From assembly GCA_964016885.1 (NCBI GenBank), contig OZ024744.1:41416001-41480000 (forward strand): a DNA stretch of 64,000 nt, written 5' to 3'. A program made the position numbers and the translations under genes. Source of the DNA: Eledone cirrhosa. Taxonomy: Eukaryota. Shown one piece after another: positions 25,775-39,750 of the stretch. Positions within the stretch are counted from its first letter, which is position 1; each line of letters begins with the position of its first letter. The notes below the pieces were generated by a model that worked only from the letters and a program-made list of their open reading frames with translations, had not been told where the DNA came from and ran no database searches.

Positions 25775-26296
25775 CTGAAAAGGTAATAAAAACATAGTAT
25801 GGAAAATGGCATATGTAAAACAAAAATCTGGTTGCAATGAATATTATAAACTTAGTCATGAGATTTTTTTCCTTTTCTGCAATAAGCATTACCCATCACT
25901 ATTTTCTATCGATATATTCTTCTACATATGTTTACATTTTAAGTAAAGTGAAACAGTAAAATGATATCATGCGTGTATGTGTGTGAGAGATAGGGAAAGA
26001 AAGAGAATGAAATATAACTGGACATCTAGTGTAATAAACATTTTTCTATATCAAGAGCATTGAGTAGAAAATCATCAGAGGAAAACATACACACACACAT
26101 AAATATATATATGCATATGTTATGTATGAAAAAACGATGTTTCATTTTAAAATGTTTTTATTTCATCTGTTTCATGGATGATCAGCTTGGTGTCTTTATC
26201 AAAATATGATAGACCTGGCTCCAATATCAATCTGCTCCCGAGACATGTGAATTTAAATCAAAACATTTTCATCTCTAGGGCATCCAACTTCTTACT

Positions 26297-26352
<56 letters not shown>

Positions 26353-26432
26353 GTAATAATAAATGTGAAGACTAGAATCCAAAGATATATAAGATCCCAT
26401 TAAGGGTGAAAGCAGCAATTCTTTGCTTAAAC

Positions 26433-26502
<70 letters not shown>

Positions 26503-26507
<5 letters not shown>

Positions 26508-27690
26508 GTGCTCGGTGTGTAGGAAAGGCGTAGGTAGAAACTCCATTTTATGTCCTAAATGCAAAGTATGGGTGCATAAAAGATGTAGTGGGATCACAGG
26601 TAAGCTAACTAAGAACATAGATTTTACATGTGGCCGGTGTTCTGGTGCAATAAGTAGCAGCAAGTGCCCACAAAATACTAGCTCTTTCAATTGCGCAGAG
26701 GGTTCTATAGAAATAGTGGACAGCTTCCGTTACCTGGGCGATAAATCAGCAGTGGGGGAGGGTGCTCTGAAAGTACTGTAGCTAGAGTCAGAACTGGTTG
26801 GAAAAAGTTCAGAGAGCTTATACCACTATTAGCTGCTAAAGGGTTCTCCCTAAAAATGAAAGGCAGGTTGTACGATGCCTGCATACGAACAGCAATGCTG
26901 CATGGCAGTGAGACCTGGGCATTGTGTGCAGAGGATATACGCAGACTAGAGAGGAACGAAGCTTGCATGCTCCGCTGGATGTGTAACAGTAATATGCGTG
27001 AACGGCAAAGCATAAACGAACTAAGGAAGAAATTAGAGATAAGAGGGATCAGATGTTGTTTACTCGAGAGAAGGCTACGTTGGTATGGACACGTGATGCG
27101 CATGAAAGTCGATAGCTGTATAACAAAGTGCAAGGCAATAAAGATAGACGGTAGTCACGGAATAGGCAGACCTAGAAAAACCTGGGACGAGCTGATAAAC
27201 TCCGACATCACACACTTACACCTCTCCAAGACAATGTCACTGGACCGAGACCTTTGGCGGTACTCAGTAACAGAGAAGACCCGCCTTACCTAAATATATA
27301 GTAAAACCTACTCCAGCCAGTAGGCATCTCTAACAAAATACACCCCGTCCCACCACCCCCACCCCCACCCCATCCACACCACCCCGTTCTATGTAAAGTT
27401 ATGTTGGTGCCGCGCCATCGAGGCCGAAACAAATGAGATCGTGTAGGTGTCACGACAAAAAAACACACAGTCCACGCTGTAATGTGGCCGTGTAGGCAAC
27501 ACGGTAAAAACCTCCCAGACCCACACTGTAAATGTGGTTGGTGTTAGGAAGGGCATCCAACTGTAGAAAACCTGCCAGACAGTCCTATGCGAGCAAGACA
27601 ATCACTCTTGCCTCAATTGGGACTACCCCCGTCCAAACCCATGCAAGCGTGGAACACGGACGTTAAACGTTGATGATGATGATGATGATG
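26503..27690 (+). mobile_element. RTE LINE 3' 1.2 kb, near-identical to ~46933-48090
   Basis: ORFs 26503-26781 and 26856-27293, plus 3' UTR and (GAT)n tail. Confidence 0.95.
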
Positions 27691-27721
<31 letters not shown>

Positions 27722-27741
27722 TTATCTTCTTTATACTATTT

Positions 27742-28080
27742 TGAAGGTGCATGGCTTAGTGGTTAGAGCATTGGGCTTGCAATCGGAAGGTTGTGAGTTC
27801 GATTCTCAAACTGGGTGATGCGTTGTGCCTTTGAGTAAGACACTTTATTTCACGTTGCACCAGTACATTCAGCTGTAGAAAGGTGTTGCGAAATCACTGG
27901 TACCTGGCTGTATCGGCTTTACCTTTCCATTGGGCATTATCGGTGGTGTAAAGAGAGGAGACTGGTATGTATGTGCGACTGCTGGTTTTCCACAAGCAAC
28001 TTTGCCTGGACTTGTGCCTCGGAAGAAAACTTCCTAGGTGCAAATCTCATAGTCATTGGTGACCGAAAGGGTCTTTACCT
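27742..28080 (+). mobile_element. tRNA-head SINE family B, tail type 2 (inverted copy 28578-28915)
   Basis: 'gaaggtgcatggcttagtggttagagcattggg..gtgagttcgattc' head. Tail ends 'gggtctttacctttt'. Confidence 0.8.
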
Positions 28081-29645
28081 TTTTTTAAAACTATGTATTG
28101 GAGGTGTATATGAAGACATATGTTTATGTATAATAAAACATAAATCTCGCTATGGGTATTTTAGGCTGTGATCATGTCACAACTACCTCTGTATTTGAGT
28201 GGGAATGCTAAACACTAGTGTTTCAAAATGTTTTATCCATCATCATTAACATATAATCAGTTGTTACTCAGAAGAAAATAAGCTATAGCTGGAGATGCTC
28301 ATTTGCATATTGTTCAAACTTGACTGGATACAATTAAATGGCAATAGCACTAACATAGTGTGATTCATAATAAACATGTATATGATTTCATATATATATA
28401 ATATGTTTATATATAATACACATATGGTATGAGTGTTTTAAGCTGTGATAATATTAAAATTTCCTCAGTAGCCTTGTGAGAATGTTAGACTCTACTATTT
28501 TAAGCTATCAAATGAAAAACAGTGTTTTTACTATTTTTTTCTGCCATTAAATACTATTTTATTATATATATAAAAGGGTAAAGACCCTATTCAGTCACAA
28601 ATGACCATGGAATTTGCACCTAGAAATTCCCCTCTAAGACGCAAGTCCGAGCAAGTTTGTTTCTGGAAGGCCAACAGTCTCCCATACATACAAGTCTTCC
28701 CTATCCATGCCACCAATTTTGTCCAAGTGAAAGGCAATGGCCAATACAGCTTGGCCCCAGTGATGTTGCAACTTATTTCTACAGCTGAGTAAACTGGAAC
28801 AGCATGAAACAAAGTGTCTTGCTTAGAAACACAACACAAAGCCCGGTCCAAGAATCAAACTTACAACCTCATGATTGTAAGCCTGGCGCTCTAACTGCTA
28901 AGCCATGGGTGTCACATTTTGGGGCTATAGAAGTCAGATGACTGCATCTTGCTCATTCATTCCATTCTGGCATTGGTTTCTGCAGCTAAATGGACTTACA
29001 AATGTAAACTACATTACAAAGTAAGCTAGGTGCATTTTATTGGGGCACCAGCCCTACCACTTTGCAGTGTGAGTTGTGTACATTTTATCATGGCACTAAC
29101 AAACATTACCATATTTGAAATCTAAGATACTCACTGTGACATCCATAACCAAGCTTGGAAGGCAGAGATGGAAGTGTGGAGTGATAAGAGTGGGAGTGAA
29201 GGGCAAGTTAAATGTTTCTTGTCCAGGGAAGGGTTCAAGAGAAAAAGGTGGCCTTAAAGAAAGTAAGTGTTGTCTGGCAACTTTATGAAATTATAGAAAC
29301 ATATATTTAAGAATTTATAGAAACATATAATTAAATTCCATTACATTCATATGTGTTTGTATGTGTGTGTGTGTGCATATAGATAAATGTTCATATATAA
29401 ATATATATATATTACAAAATACTGGAATACATCTAGAAAAGGACAAAAATCTATACTTATTCCTGTAAGATAAATGTGTAAGAGCGTGTGTATGTATGTA
29501 GGATGTAGATATATTTCAACAAACCATGAATAAAGTATATAAATATATTTATATATTCAAGCTAACTCATAAACGAAAATATAAGCATACATAGATTAAA
29601 AATTTTATATTTTACATGCTAATGTATGTGTATGTGTTCACACAC

Positions 29646-29695
<50 letters not shown>

Positions 29696-29746
29696 TATAT
29701 AAACACATGACACACAACACACACACACATATATATATAAATTTAT

Positions 29747-30119
29747 ATAGAAGAAGAAAATGAGAAGTATTTGCAGATGTCAAAGTCTTTTATTGATAAG
29801 GCTGTGATACATATTTCAATTACGACAGTGGCCACGCGATTCCCCCTAATCAGTGTCATGATCTCATCAGACAAATTCTTACATAATAAGGTTACGTTCT
29901 CGAGACAATCCAAATTAAAACGACAAGGAACGGACAAAGATGATGTTTTAATTTGAATTGCATTGAGAATGTAACCTTATTATGTAATAGAGCTGTCTGA
30001 TGTGATCATGACACTGGTTAGGCAGAATCACATGGCCACTGTCATCATTGAAATATGTATCACAGCTTTATCAATAAAGGACTTTAACATCTGAAACTAC
30101 TTCGCATTTTTTTCTTCTA
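29747..30119. repeat. Fold-back (~155-bp arms), each arm carrying a hammerhead motif
   Basis: 29747-29901 vs 29965-30119. HHR folds at 29801-29875 (-) and 29991-30067 (+). Confidence 0.85.
29991..30067 (+). ncRNA. Type I hammerhead motif (A9 mutated here, intact in the minus-arm copy 29801-29875)
   Basis: AGCTGT-CTGATGT-GATCATGACA...TGTCATCATT-GAAA-TATGTATC-ACAGCT: 6-bp stem I, AUC site. Confidence 0.65.
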
Positions 30120-30285
30120 AATATACTCCGTCATTCCTATGTGGAAAAAGTACGTTGAGTGCTTGAATTGAATTGCATCAATGTTTTCAGTAAGTATATA
30201 TATATATAACGAAGGAATTGTGGTAAGGAACCAGATGGACCATAACGCACAAAAGTACTCAATACTTAGGGTAGTAGAGTGGGTA

Positions 30286-30428
30286 ATAGGAACAAGTATG
30301 ACCCCGACGGCAGAGCTCAAGCCGTTTCGACGGCTATTTCTGGACTGAGCCGTTTCGACGGGTATTTCATCCAGAAATAGCCGTCGAAACTGCTTGAGCT
30401 CTGCCGTCGGGGTCATACTTGTACCTAT
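30286..30428. repeat. Fold-back, ~59-bp arms (single arm also at 20170-20228)
   Basis: 'aagtatgaccccgacggcagagctcaagccgtttcgacggctatttctgga' and its reverse complement. Confidence 0.9.
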
Positions 30429-30448
30429 ATATATATATATAATATATA

Positions 30449-30503
<55 letters not shown>

Positions 30504-30848
30504 ATATATATACCCATTTCTTTTCTGTATTATATAAAAATAAAACTTTACTTAAGACAACAGAGAAGGCATATATGTATATTTACATGCAGCCCCTACT
30601 TCCCCCACAAAAATAAACAAAAAAACAATGAACAAATAGAAAATAATATTAAAACAACATTCTAACAACACTTAACACAATATCATTTTTGATTTTTGCA
30701 ATGATGAAAAACATGCTGGTGGAAAAGAAAAACATAAGATATTACTACATTTTTTTTCATTACAATATATAACACAATGATAGCAAAAACACATGTGTAC
30801 TTTTACACATAATATATATACATATATACATATTCAGATAAATCTTAC

Positions 30849-30886
30849 GTAGTTATCTCTAATATCTTCGTGGAGGTAATCGATTC
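30849..30886 (-). CDS. PCSK2: Prohormone convertase 2, internal 38-nt exon
   Basis: tttttAG|GAATCGATTACCTCCACGAAGATATTAGAGATAACTAC|GTAAGA gives (G)IDYLHEDIRDNY, matching PC2 'GIDYLHPDLASNY'. Phase-compatible with the 77-nt exon. Confidence 0.93.
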
Positions 30887-33139
30887 CTAAAAAAATTAGA
30901 AATGTTTTTATGCAATATTCATAATCAGAGATATTTTATTAAGTACATAATACATATAAGTATAAATATAATGTAGTATACATACATGCATACATACATT
31001 CATACATACACACATACATACACACATACATACACACACACGTACATACTATAAACATACATACATACATACACACACACATACATACATACATACATAC
31101 ATACATACTACAAACATACTTCAAAAGGCACTTCATTGACTAATTAATTTTCTATAGATATTGGAATAGAACATGGTAGTAAAAGGAAGAAAATTTGTCC
31201 TCCCTAAAAAAAAACATAAACATGAATCACTTGACAGTAGAATGTCAGATATATAAAGAGTGGGCAAGAATTGAGTACTTCAAAAGTATAAAGAAAATAT
31301 CATTATAACCTTGCAGCAAATATGTTGCTGAAAACACTTTTGCTTTGACTATTCTAACACCTACATTTAGCCTTCTCAACTGTTCACTGTGGACTAAGAT
31401 TTTATTGATTAAGACTATATTGAAAATTGTTGAAACTTTGACTTAAATGACAATTTTAAAATAGAAATTTACTTGGCTTAATGATTAGGATGTCGGACTC
31501 ATGATCATAAGGTTGTGGGTTCAATTCCTGGGCTGGGTGGCAGATTGTGATCTTTCAACAAAATACTTAATTTCCCATTGCTTTTCATGATAGGAATAGG
31601 GTCCCTATCATTAAAATGCCATAGAAACCTACTATGAAGTATAACCTTGTGTAAGGCCAGCTAAACTTGCATAAGTGTGAAAACTGTATTTTTAATTTCA
31701 GTTTTTTCATTCCATTGGACAAGATAGATATAAGAACTTGCAAGTTAGTAGATGTTACTGGAAATTTCAACATCAATGATGATGTGAACATGCTATATTT
31801 CCTCTGCAAGAAGTGTAGTCATCACCATAAATCTGTAATTACATCATACAAAATCTGAATTGTAGCATTAACATCTTAAGCAGAGGAAAAAAATCAGAAA
31901 CCCTCTTGTCTAAATTTGTGAACATGAAAACAACAATATTATCATGTTAGCCAATGAACTTGAGGAGAAACATGAAGTAAGTCCTGATATAGATCTCCCT
32001 CCAAGGAACATAGGAAAATCTTATTTAAATCTGCAAAAAAAAACAAACAAAAAAAAAACCAGACTAGTTTCGTAATATTACTTGAAATGAAACACTCAGA
32101 CCAAACAGGAGTTAAACCACACTAAATCAATGGAAACTGTGCAAAGCAAAGACCAAAGATGTTAGCCACATTACTACCTCTCTATAAGGCACGATGTGGT
32201 AATCAGAACAATCTGGAATTGAAGAAGACAAAAGTAATGCTAAATAGTGGTGAACATATTGAGAACGATGGCTCAAAAGAATATTAGTGGAATCTGAAAC
32301 AGTCACCATATTGAAACACAACTGGCCTGATATTATTGTTTGGTATAACAGAATAACAGAATTAAAAAAAGAAATACTCTATTGGGGTTGTCAGCTTCCC
32401 CCTTGATCTCAAAGTGTATTTGATATGTATATGTGTTTACACATATATATGTATAAGTGTAACTATGAATAATTGTATGAATGTATATATATTTGCATAT
32501 GCATATCATTATATGAAATGTGTGAATATGAGATATGTGTATGTTCAGAAAAGAAAATACATAAGGGAACTGAGAATAGTTAACAGCCATATTCTCAACC
32601 CAATTAATTTAAGAATTAAGAACTAAAACTGCAATACCACCATTAATAAGTGAGTTGAGTGTCTTGAAAAAATAAATTCTCCACATATGTGGACATTTTA
32701 TCAATCTACTTCTAAATCCCTTTGGAAACTGTTGGATGTTGGAAGAGGATTTACCAAAATTAAGTGACACAGCAATTAAGATAATAATTGTTTCTACTTT
32801 TTGGCACAAGGCCAGCAATTACCCAGTGCATTACTGGTACTTTATTTTATCGACCCTGTAAGGATGAAAGGCAAAGTTAACCTCGGTGGGATTTGAACTC
32901 AGAATGGCAAGGGCCGTAACTCTATGCATCAAAGCATGGTGTCTGACCCTTTACCGATACTGCCAATCCACCGCCGTCAATTAAGATAATAATTGTTTCT
33001 ACTTTTGGCACAAGGCCAGCAATTACCTAGTATATTACTATTACTTTATTTTATTGACCCCCGTAAGGATGAAAAGCAAAGTTGACCTCGGCGGGATTTG
33101 AACTCAGAATTAAGATAATAATGCATGTTGCTCAGTTAC

Positions 33140-33768
33140 TCTTATGTTAAAATCATTGTCACAAGATCAAAATGTAGAATAATCTTTGGTTTGATGTTTT
33201 CATGGCAACAGCAAAGTGTAAGGGAAGTGAGAGAGAAATTGGATAAAAGTAGGGATCAGATGCAGTGTGCAGGAGAGAAGATTGCATTGGAATGGTCTTG
33301 TGATGCATATGAAGAATGACAGCTGTGATGCATATGAAGTTGATGGCAGCTATCGAGTAGGAAGACCCAGGAAGATGAGGTGATAAAAGCTGACCTTGCA
33401 CAATTGTACCTTCCAAAGGTGATGACACAGGACTGAGATCTTTGATGTTATGCAGTAATACAGAAGACCCACCTTCCTCTGCACATGGACTGAAGCATAC
33501 ATCTAGTATGTATCTCTTAACCACTATCCTCCCACCCTTTTCCATATACCTCCTACATCCTAACACCCCACCCATGACAAAAAGCACCCATCACACACTG
33601 TAAATGGGGTCGGCATTAGGAAGGGCAACCAGCTGTATAAACCAAACCAGAAATAGTTCCGTATGAGCAAGACATGGTCACCTGGCCCAACTTGCCTCAA
33701 ACAGGACAACCTGTTTAACCAATGCTAGCATGAAAAATGGATGTTAAACGATGATGATGATGATGATA
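33140..33768 (+). mobile_element. Decayed RTE 3' fragment (similar pieces: 34353-34730 -, 36975-37300 +, 39860-40250 +, 61190-61565 +)
   Basis: Similarity to the RTE C-terminus and 3' UTR, with (GAT)n tail. Confidence 0.75.
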
Positions 33769-36700
33769 CAGCAACCAATGTAAGGGGATTGTTCTTTTTC
33801 AACACTCTAGGAAATTCCACCAATGCTCCCAGAACCAGACTGTATAGAGATTATGGCATAGCAATCCCCTTCAATACAATACCATTCAAGGAATTCGATT
33901 TAAGTATAGTCATGAGGTCCAACTTCAATATCAAATAATTCTTTGTCCCTTGTAAGATCCCCCCCCCCTGTCGTATGTGATTAAGGTTATATTAATTTCT
34001 AACTTACAGACAAGCTAACAAAATATCAATGGTATAGTTGATTAAATAGACTCAGACTGGTACTTATTTTATTGAACCCTGGTAGGATGAAAGACAATGT
34101 TAGTCATGGCAGAATTAAGACTACATTGAAGATAATTGCTGGGTATTTGACACAACTGAAAATCATTAAAATACCCAAGACCAAGTAATTAATATAATTA
34201 ATATATTATAATTAAACTTTTATAATAACAATCTCTTAATCCAAAACTTTATTTCATATAGAATATTTTCAGCCAAACTGAAAGGAATAATTGATAAATA
34301 TTTTAATTTTATGATTAATTCAACAGCCAAATCCAAAGTTAATTGCATAAATTCATCATCATCATCATCATCACCGTTTTACGTCCGTTCTTCCACACTA
34401 GCATGGGTTAGACGGGTTGTCCTGTTGTGGGCAGCGTCTGGTCGGCTGACCATGCCTTGCTCATACAGGAACTGATTTGGCTTGATTTCTACAGCTGGAT
34501 GCCCTTCCTAACACCAACCTCATTTACAGTGAGTGCTGGGTGCTTTTTCGTGGCCCCTACACGTCCACTTTACAGTGTGGGCTGGGTGCTTTTTTGCCAT
34601 GGCACCTCCACGACCACCTTGCGGTGGGGGGGGTGTGGGGGCATATTGTCTATATGCTTCAGCTTGTACCCATGGGAGGTCCGGTACTCTGTATTACTGT
34701 GTGACGCCAGAGGTCACGGTCGTGTGTCATTGCAAATTATAAACAGTTATATTAATTAAGTAAAAATATAAACAATAATGAGATAGTTAAACAAATTTCT
34801 ATTTCATGGTCGAAATAGACAGAAAATTATATGAGTGATAATTAATAATAAATAACTGGTGACATGTTAGACTAGATTTTAATAACCTATCAGTCGCAAG
34901 AAATTAATGACTTAACTTACATAATTTTGTGGATGGACAAGCCGGAAAGTAGTTATTTAATACACATGTATAATTAGTAAACCTATGCCAGCATTGAAAA
35001 CATATGCTTAATGATTATGATGATGATAAATTGTCTGAGAAAATCTTGTAGGAGATACATGGTTAACCTTTAATAAAAATTTCCTGTTGCCCACTTCTCT
35101 GGAAAAAGATTTACTCCAACTATGACCATTACAGATTTCTCCATATGTTCTGTCTTGTCTATAGAACAACAAATCCATGCAATTAAATCCACAGTTAATC
35201 TTAGCACAAAGAAAAATATATAATCAGCCGAGAGAATTTACAGGCTGGGCTTTTAAAAAGGTATACAGCTTTGGCAATGTTACTGAGCTGAAAAATCAAT
35301 TTTTTGCTCTTTCACTGGTTTACTTTCACTTTTTATTTGATAACCAATCAAATCATATAAGATAAGAAGATGATGTAGAGCTGTAACTGGTTTCCATCTA
35401 ATCTCATCATCATGACCATTTACACAGAGGGATTAAGTAGAATAACTAAACCAATACTGAATAGCTATATATATATTGAATATTGAATGGCAGAGAAGTT
35501 TATGGTAATTGCTTCTTTAAGGTAGGCTATAAATGAAATGGAATGCTACACCAAAGGAACTGCATGGAACTTATCACCATTCCTCAATAGGTTAAGATTG
35601 ATCTTATATATAAAATGATGGAATCTCCGTCAGTTTTGACAATGAGCATTGAGTAGATCAATCAGATGAGAGTCAGATTTGTGAATTAAACTGTAAGTGG
35701 TTGAGTGATTCACCAGATATGTATCCAATAAATGCAGTTCTCAAGCAGAATTACCATAATACAATATTTGATAAAGTTGGGCCTCTAAATTCCAATTATA
35801 GTTTAACTTGTATTTATAATTAACTCACAAATTAAACACAGTGTTAATTGTATAAATGCAGTCATAGAGCTGTTTAGTATAAATTATGAAGGGTTAATTA
35901 ATTAAGTAGCAATAGAAAGAATAGTTAGTTAAAGAATTTCTAGTTAAAAGAATAATTATGAATATCATCATCAACTCATCTCCCTCCCCACTATTTATTT
36001 GCCTTAATTTATCAGCTCCACAAGAATGAAAAATAAAACCAGAATATATGTAAGCATAACATTGTCACTTGTCTATCATGGGTGTAGGAGCTCAGATTAA
36101 GTTCTGACTTTGTCTGTAACAATTTATCCAGCCAAAATTAGCATGGAAATGTGGACATACAATGATGGTGATGATAACCCTGAAGGCATTTGAACCCAGA
36201 AAGGAAATGAACATAACTAAAAGCGAAAAGCATTTTATTCAACACTCGATTGTTTCTGCCAATCTAATACATTCTACACATTATATTGTAAGCAATAAAA
36301 TTCTATAATCAATTTAAAAATTAATTTCTGATATATAGGAAACTAATTACTAAATTGATTACAAAATATTCGGAAATAGAGTTGGAAAGATTTTTCCTTT
36401 CCTTGATAACTCATAACAAATATGAAATTAATTGAAATTATCGCATATAGCTTGGTTATGCAAATATCATCATTTATGTACTGTGCTGCTTTAAAATTAC
36501 TCATTATTCTTGTGTTTCTTTCTTCACATCTACTGCATTATATCATCATCATCATCATCACTGTTTAATGACCATTTTTCCATGCTAGCATATATATATG
36601 GAGGCACATGGCCTAGTGGTTAGAGCATTGGCCTTGCAATCGAAAGGTTGTGAGTTCAATTCTCAGACCGGGTGATGTGTTGTTTCCTTGAGCAAGACAC

Positions 36701-37751
36701 TTTATTTCACATTGCTCCAGTTTACTCAGCTGTAGAAATGAGATGATAGGGACTGGGGTCCATATCATTCCACTGCAAAGTGGTCGTGGAGGTGCCACGG
36801 CAAAAAAGCACCCAGCCCTCACTGTAAATGAGGTTGGTGTCAGGAAGGGCATCCGGCTGTAGAAATCAAGCCAGAATCAGTTCCCGTCCCACCCTTGCAA
36901 GCAGGGAAAAGTGGACGTAAAATGATAATGATGATGATGATGATGATATATATATATATATATGGTATTGAGACTGCACTGTGTGCAGAACACCTGCTAA
37001 GATTGGAAAGAAATAAAGCTTGCATGCTCTTATGGAGGTGTAATAGTAATATACACATGAACGGCAAAGTGTAAATGAACTGAGGGAGAAATTAGGCATA
37101 AGAAGGATCAGATGCAGTTTACTAGAAAAGAGATTGCATTGATATGAACATGTGATGTGTATGAAGGATGACAGCTGTATAAAAAGATGCAGGGCGATCA
37201 AAATTGATGGAAGCTATGGAGTAGGAAGACCCAGGAAAACCTGGGATAGAATGATAAAAGCAGAACTTGTGCAATTGCAACTCTCAAAGACAATGACATT
37301 AATTACTTTGTTAGTTATTTTTCTACAAAAACAGACAGAGAAAAACACCAAAAAACAGAGACCTTCCAGCTACCTTGACCACAACCAAAGAATAAATAAA
37401 TCAACTAATAAATCCAACATAGAAGTGACTAGGCCTCCCCCCCCCCCCCCCCCCTCTTTCACTGAGAACTTATTTAGAAAAATTCCAGACAACATTGAAA
37501 ATATTTTGTAGTAGTTCATATGATGGTGGTCATGAACATATTCTGTGAAGGGTACATTTCAATTTTTTTCTGAAGATACGGAGACCAAATCAAGGTTATG
37601 GTTTTTGTTTGCCTGAGGAACTTTTGTTTGCAAATGAAATTAATGATATAGTCTGAAATAATGTGACCCACACGACAAAAGAGAAAAAAATAATCTTTCC
37701 TCTTCAAATTATGTATCTATATATGTATGTGAGTGTATATTTATATATATA

Positions 37752-37873
<122 letters not shown>

Positions 37874-38144
37874 CTTGTGTGTGTTTATAAATTTTACCAT
37901 TACCTGATTATGAAAGAGTAATTATAAAATAGTAAGCCCTTGAGATGTAAGCATGGAGGTAATATATGTTAATACATGATACATTAGGCATACATTTTCG
38001 TAAAATAATTAAGTTTCGGGATGTTAGTCTTCCAGTAGATGAACCCCATTATTGGAGGTGATTCATTCACATTAGACCACAATCATCATTTTTACACACT
38101 CAGACACATACACACATATACATACATACATATATATATATACT

Positions 38145-38280
38145 GCATCAGTTGTTAGCTGTTGGGACACTGCATCCTTCAAAACGTCCATAATTCCTGA
38201 AATTCGCCAACACTAAATCTGATATTCTGCCTCCATACACACACATGTATCTGTGTGACTGTGTGTATATCATGACTCAT
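38145..38280 (+). mobile_element. CR1 3'-UTR fragment
   Basis: Aligns with 55148-55272. Confidence 0.7.
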
Positions 38281-38353
38281 ATATATATATGTGTTCAGTA
38301 TTTCCGTACAAAAGTTAAAGGAAAGAAGAGTGGTCTATGTATAGTACAGAGCT

Positions 38354-38529
38354 ATTACATAATAAACAAGACAATATAATTATTCCATTAGCAAAGAAAC
38401 TAAACCATACTTACAGAAACGTCCAGCCTGTTCATCAGACAAACAGGCTAGATGGTTTTTGTAAGAATCGTCTAGTTTCTTGAAACCTTTGCTAATGGAA
38501 TAATTATATTGCGTTGTTTATTATGTAAT
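38354..38529. repeat. Fold-back of the 60900-61065 HHR family; each arm has half of the core
   Basis: Left arm (minus) has CTGATGA but lacks GAAA. Right arm has GAAA-CCTTTGCTA but lacks CTGATGA. Confidence 0.75.
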
Positions 38530-38565
<36 letters not shown>

Positions 38566-38765
38566 CACACATATATATATATATGCATCTATCTGGTACA
38601 CTCTGTTTCCCATTCTATAAAGCTAAATATCTTCTATCTCAATCACCATGTACACGCACAAATCTAACAAGACAAATACTGTATCTTTAACATAATAATT
38701 GTTTTATTAGTTTACAATTCTTAAAAAATTAAATATGTCTCTTCTTCTAGCATTAAGTGCTATGT

Positions 38766-39008
38766 GAAGGTGCATGGCTTAGAGGTTAGGGCATTGGGCT
38801 TGCAATTGAAAGGTTGTGAGTTCAATTCTCAGACCAGGTGATTTGATGTTTCCTTGAGCAAGACACTTTATTTCACATTGCTCCAGTTTACTCAGCTGTA
38901 GAAATGAGATGATAGGACTAGGGTCCCTATCATTAAATCACCAAAGACATCTCCAACGAGATATACCATGGAGGAGGCCAGCTAAACCTGCATAGGTGTG
39001 AGCTGTCA
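38766..39008 (+). mobile_element. tRNA-head SINE family B, tail type 3 (decayed copy ~31470-31680)
   Basis: Same head as 36600. Tail '..ggccagctaaacctgcataggtgtga' plus (CA)n. Confidence 0.75.
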
Positions 39009-39049
39009 CACACACACACACATTAAGTGCTATATTATTTTTTGTTCAA

Positions 39050-39305
39050 CTTCCACACTGTAAATGTGGATGAGAGTCTCAAACTGTGAGCAGTATATAG
39101 TGTAGCCAACTGGCATCTGCCTCCTCATAATGGTGCCATCCAGCTCCACACTGTAAATGTGGGTGCAACTCTCAATCTATAGCTCCATAGTGAGCAGTGT
39201 ATGGAGGGACCAACTGGCCTGTCCCTCCTCATAACAGTGCCATCGAGCTCTACACTGTAAACTGGTTGCTGCTCCCAAATTAGTTCCACTATCAGCAGGG
39301 TATGG
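39050..39305. repeat. Degenerate ~100-bp tandem repeat, ~2.5 units
   Basis: 'ccacactgtaaa..ccaactggc..ctcctcata..gtgccatc' recurs at ~39053, 39145 and 39250. Confidence 0.7.
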
Positions 39306-39713
39306 CACATACATATATATATATAAACATATTTATATATATATATATATATATATAAACATATTTCGTTTCTGAATTTGTTTAGCAAGATTCTTTATCT
39401 GAAATCGTGTGTTGAAACCGATATTGTTATACTTTGGGAGGGTCATGTTGCCAATAAGAAACACACGCACCAGATGCTTTCACTTCAATTTATTATATAT
39501 TTATAAATTTACAAATTTACAAATTTATAAATTTGTAAATTTGTAAATTTATAAATATATAATAAATTGAAGTGAAAGCAACTGGTGCGTGTGTTTCTTA
39601 TTGGCAACATGACCCTCCCAAAGTATAACAATATATAAACATATATATATATATAAACATATATATATATATATAAACATATATATATATATATAAACAT
39701 ATATATATATATA

Positions 39714-39750
<37 letters not shown>

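Noticed and set aside
26030-26085. Minus-strand CTGATGA...GAAA
   Set aside because: Pairing overlaps the GAAA itself and no stem I forms.
27742-27815. tRNA-like sequences (also 36600, 38766, 42162)
   Set aside because: These are SINE heads continuing into conserved SINE bodies, not free tRNA genes.
31660-32400. Cys-rich short ORF and LINE-like traces
   Set aside because: Too decayed to assign. No splice-supported exon and no match to the missing PC2 exons.
39050-39305. Repeat-spacer appearance suggestive of CRISPR
   Set aside because: Eukaryotic context, whole units are homologous with no unique spacers, and no cas genes.
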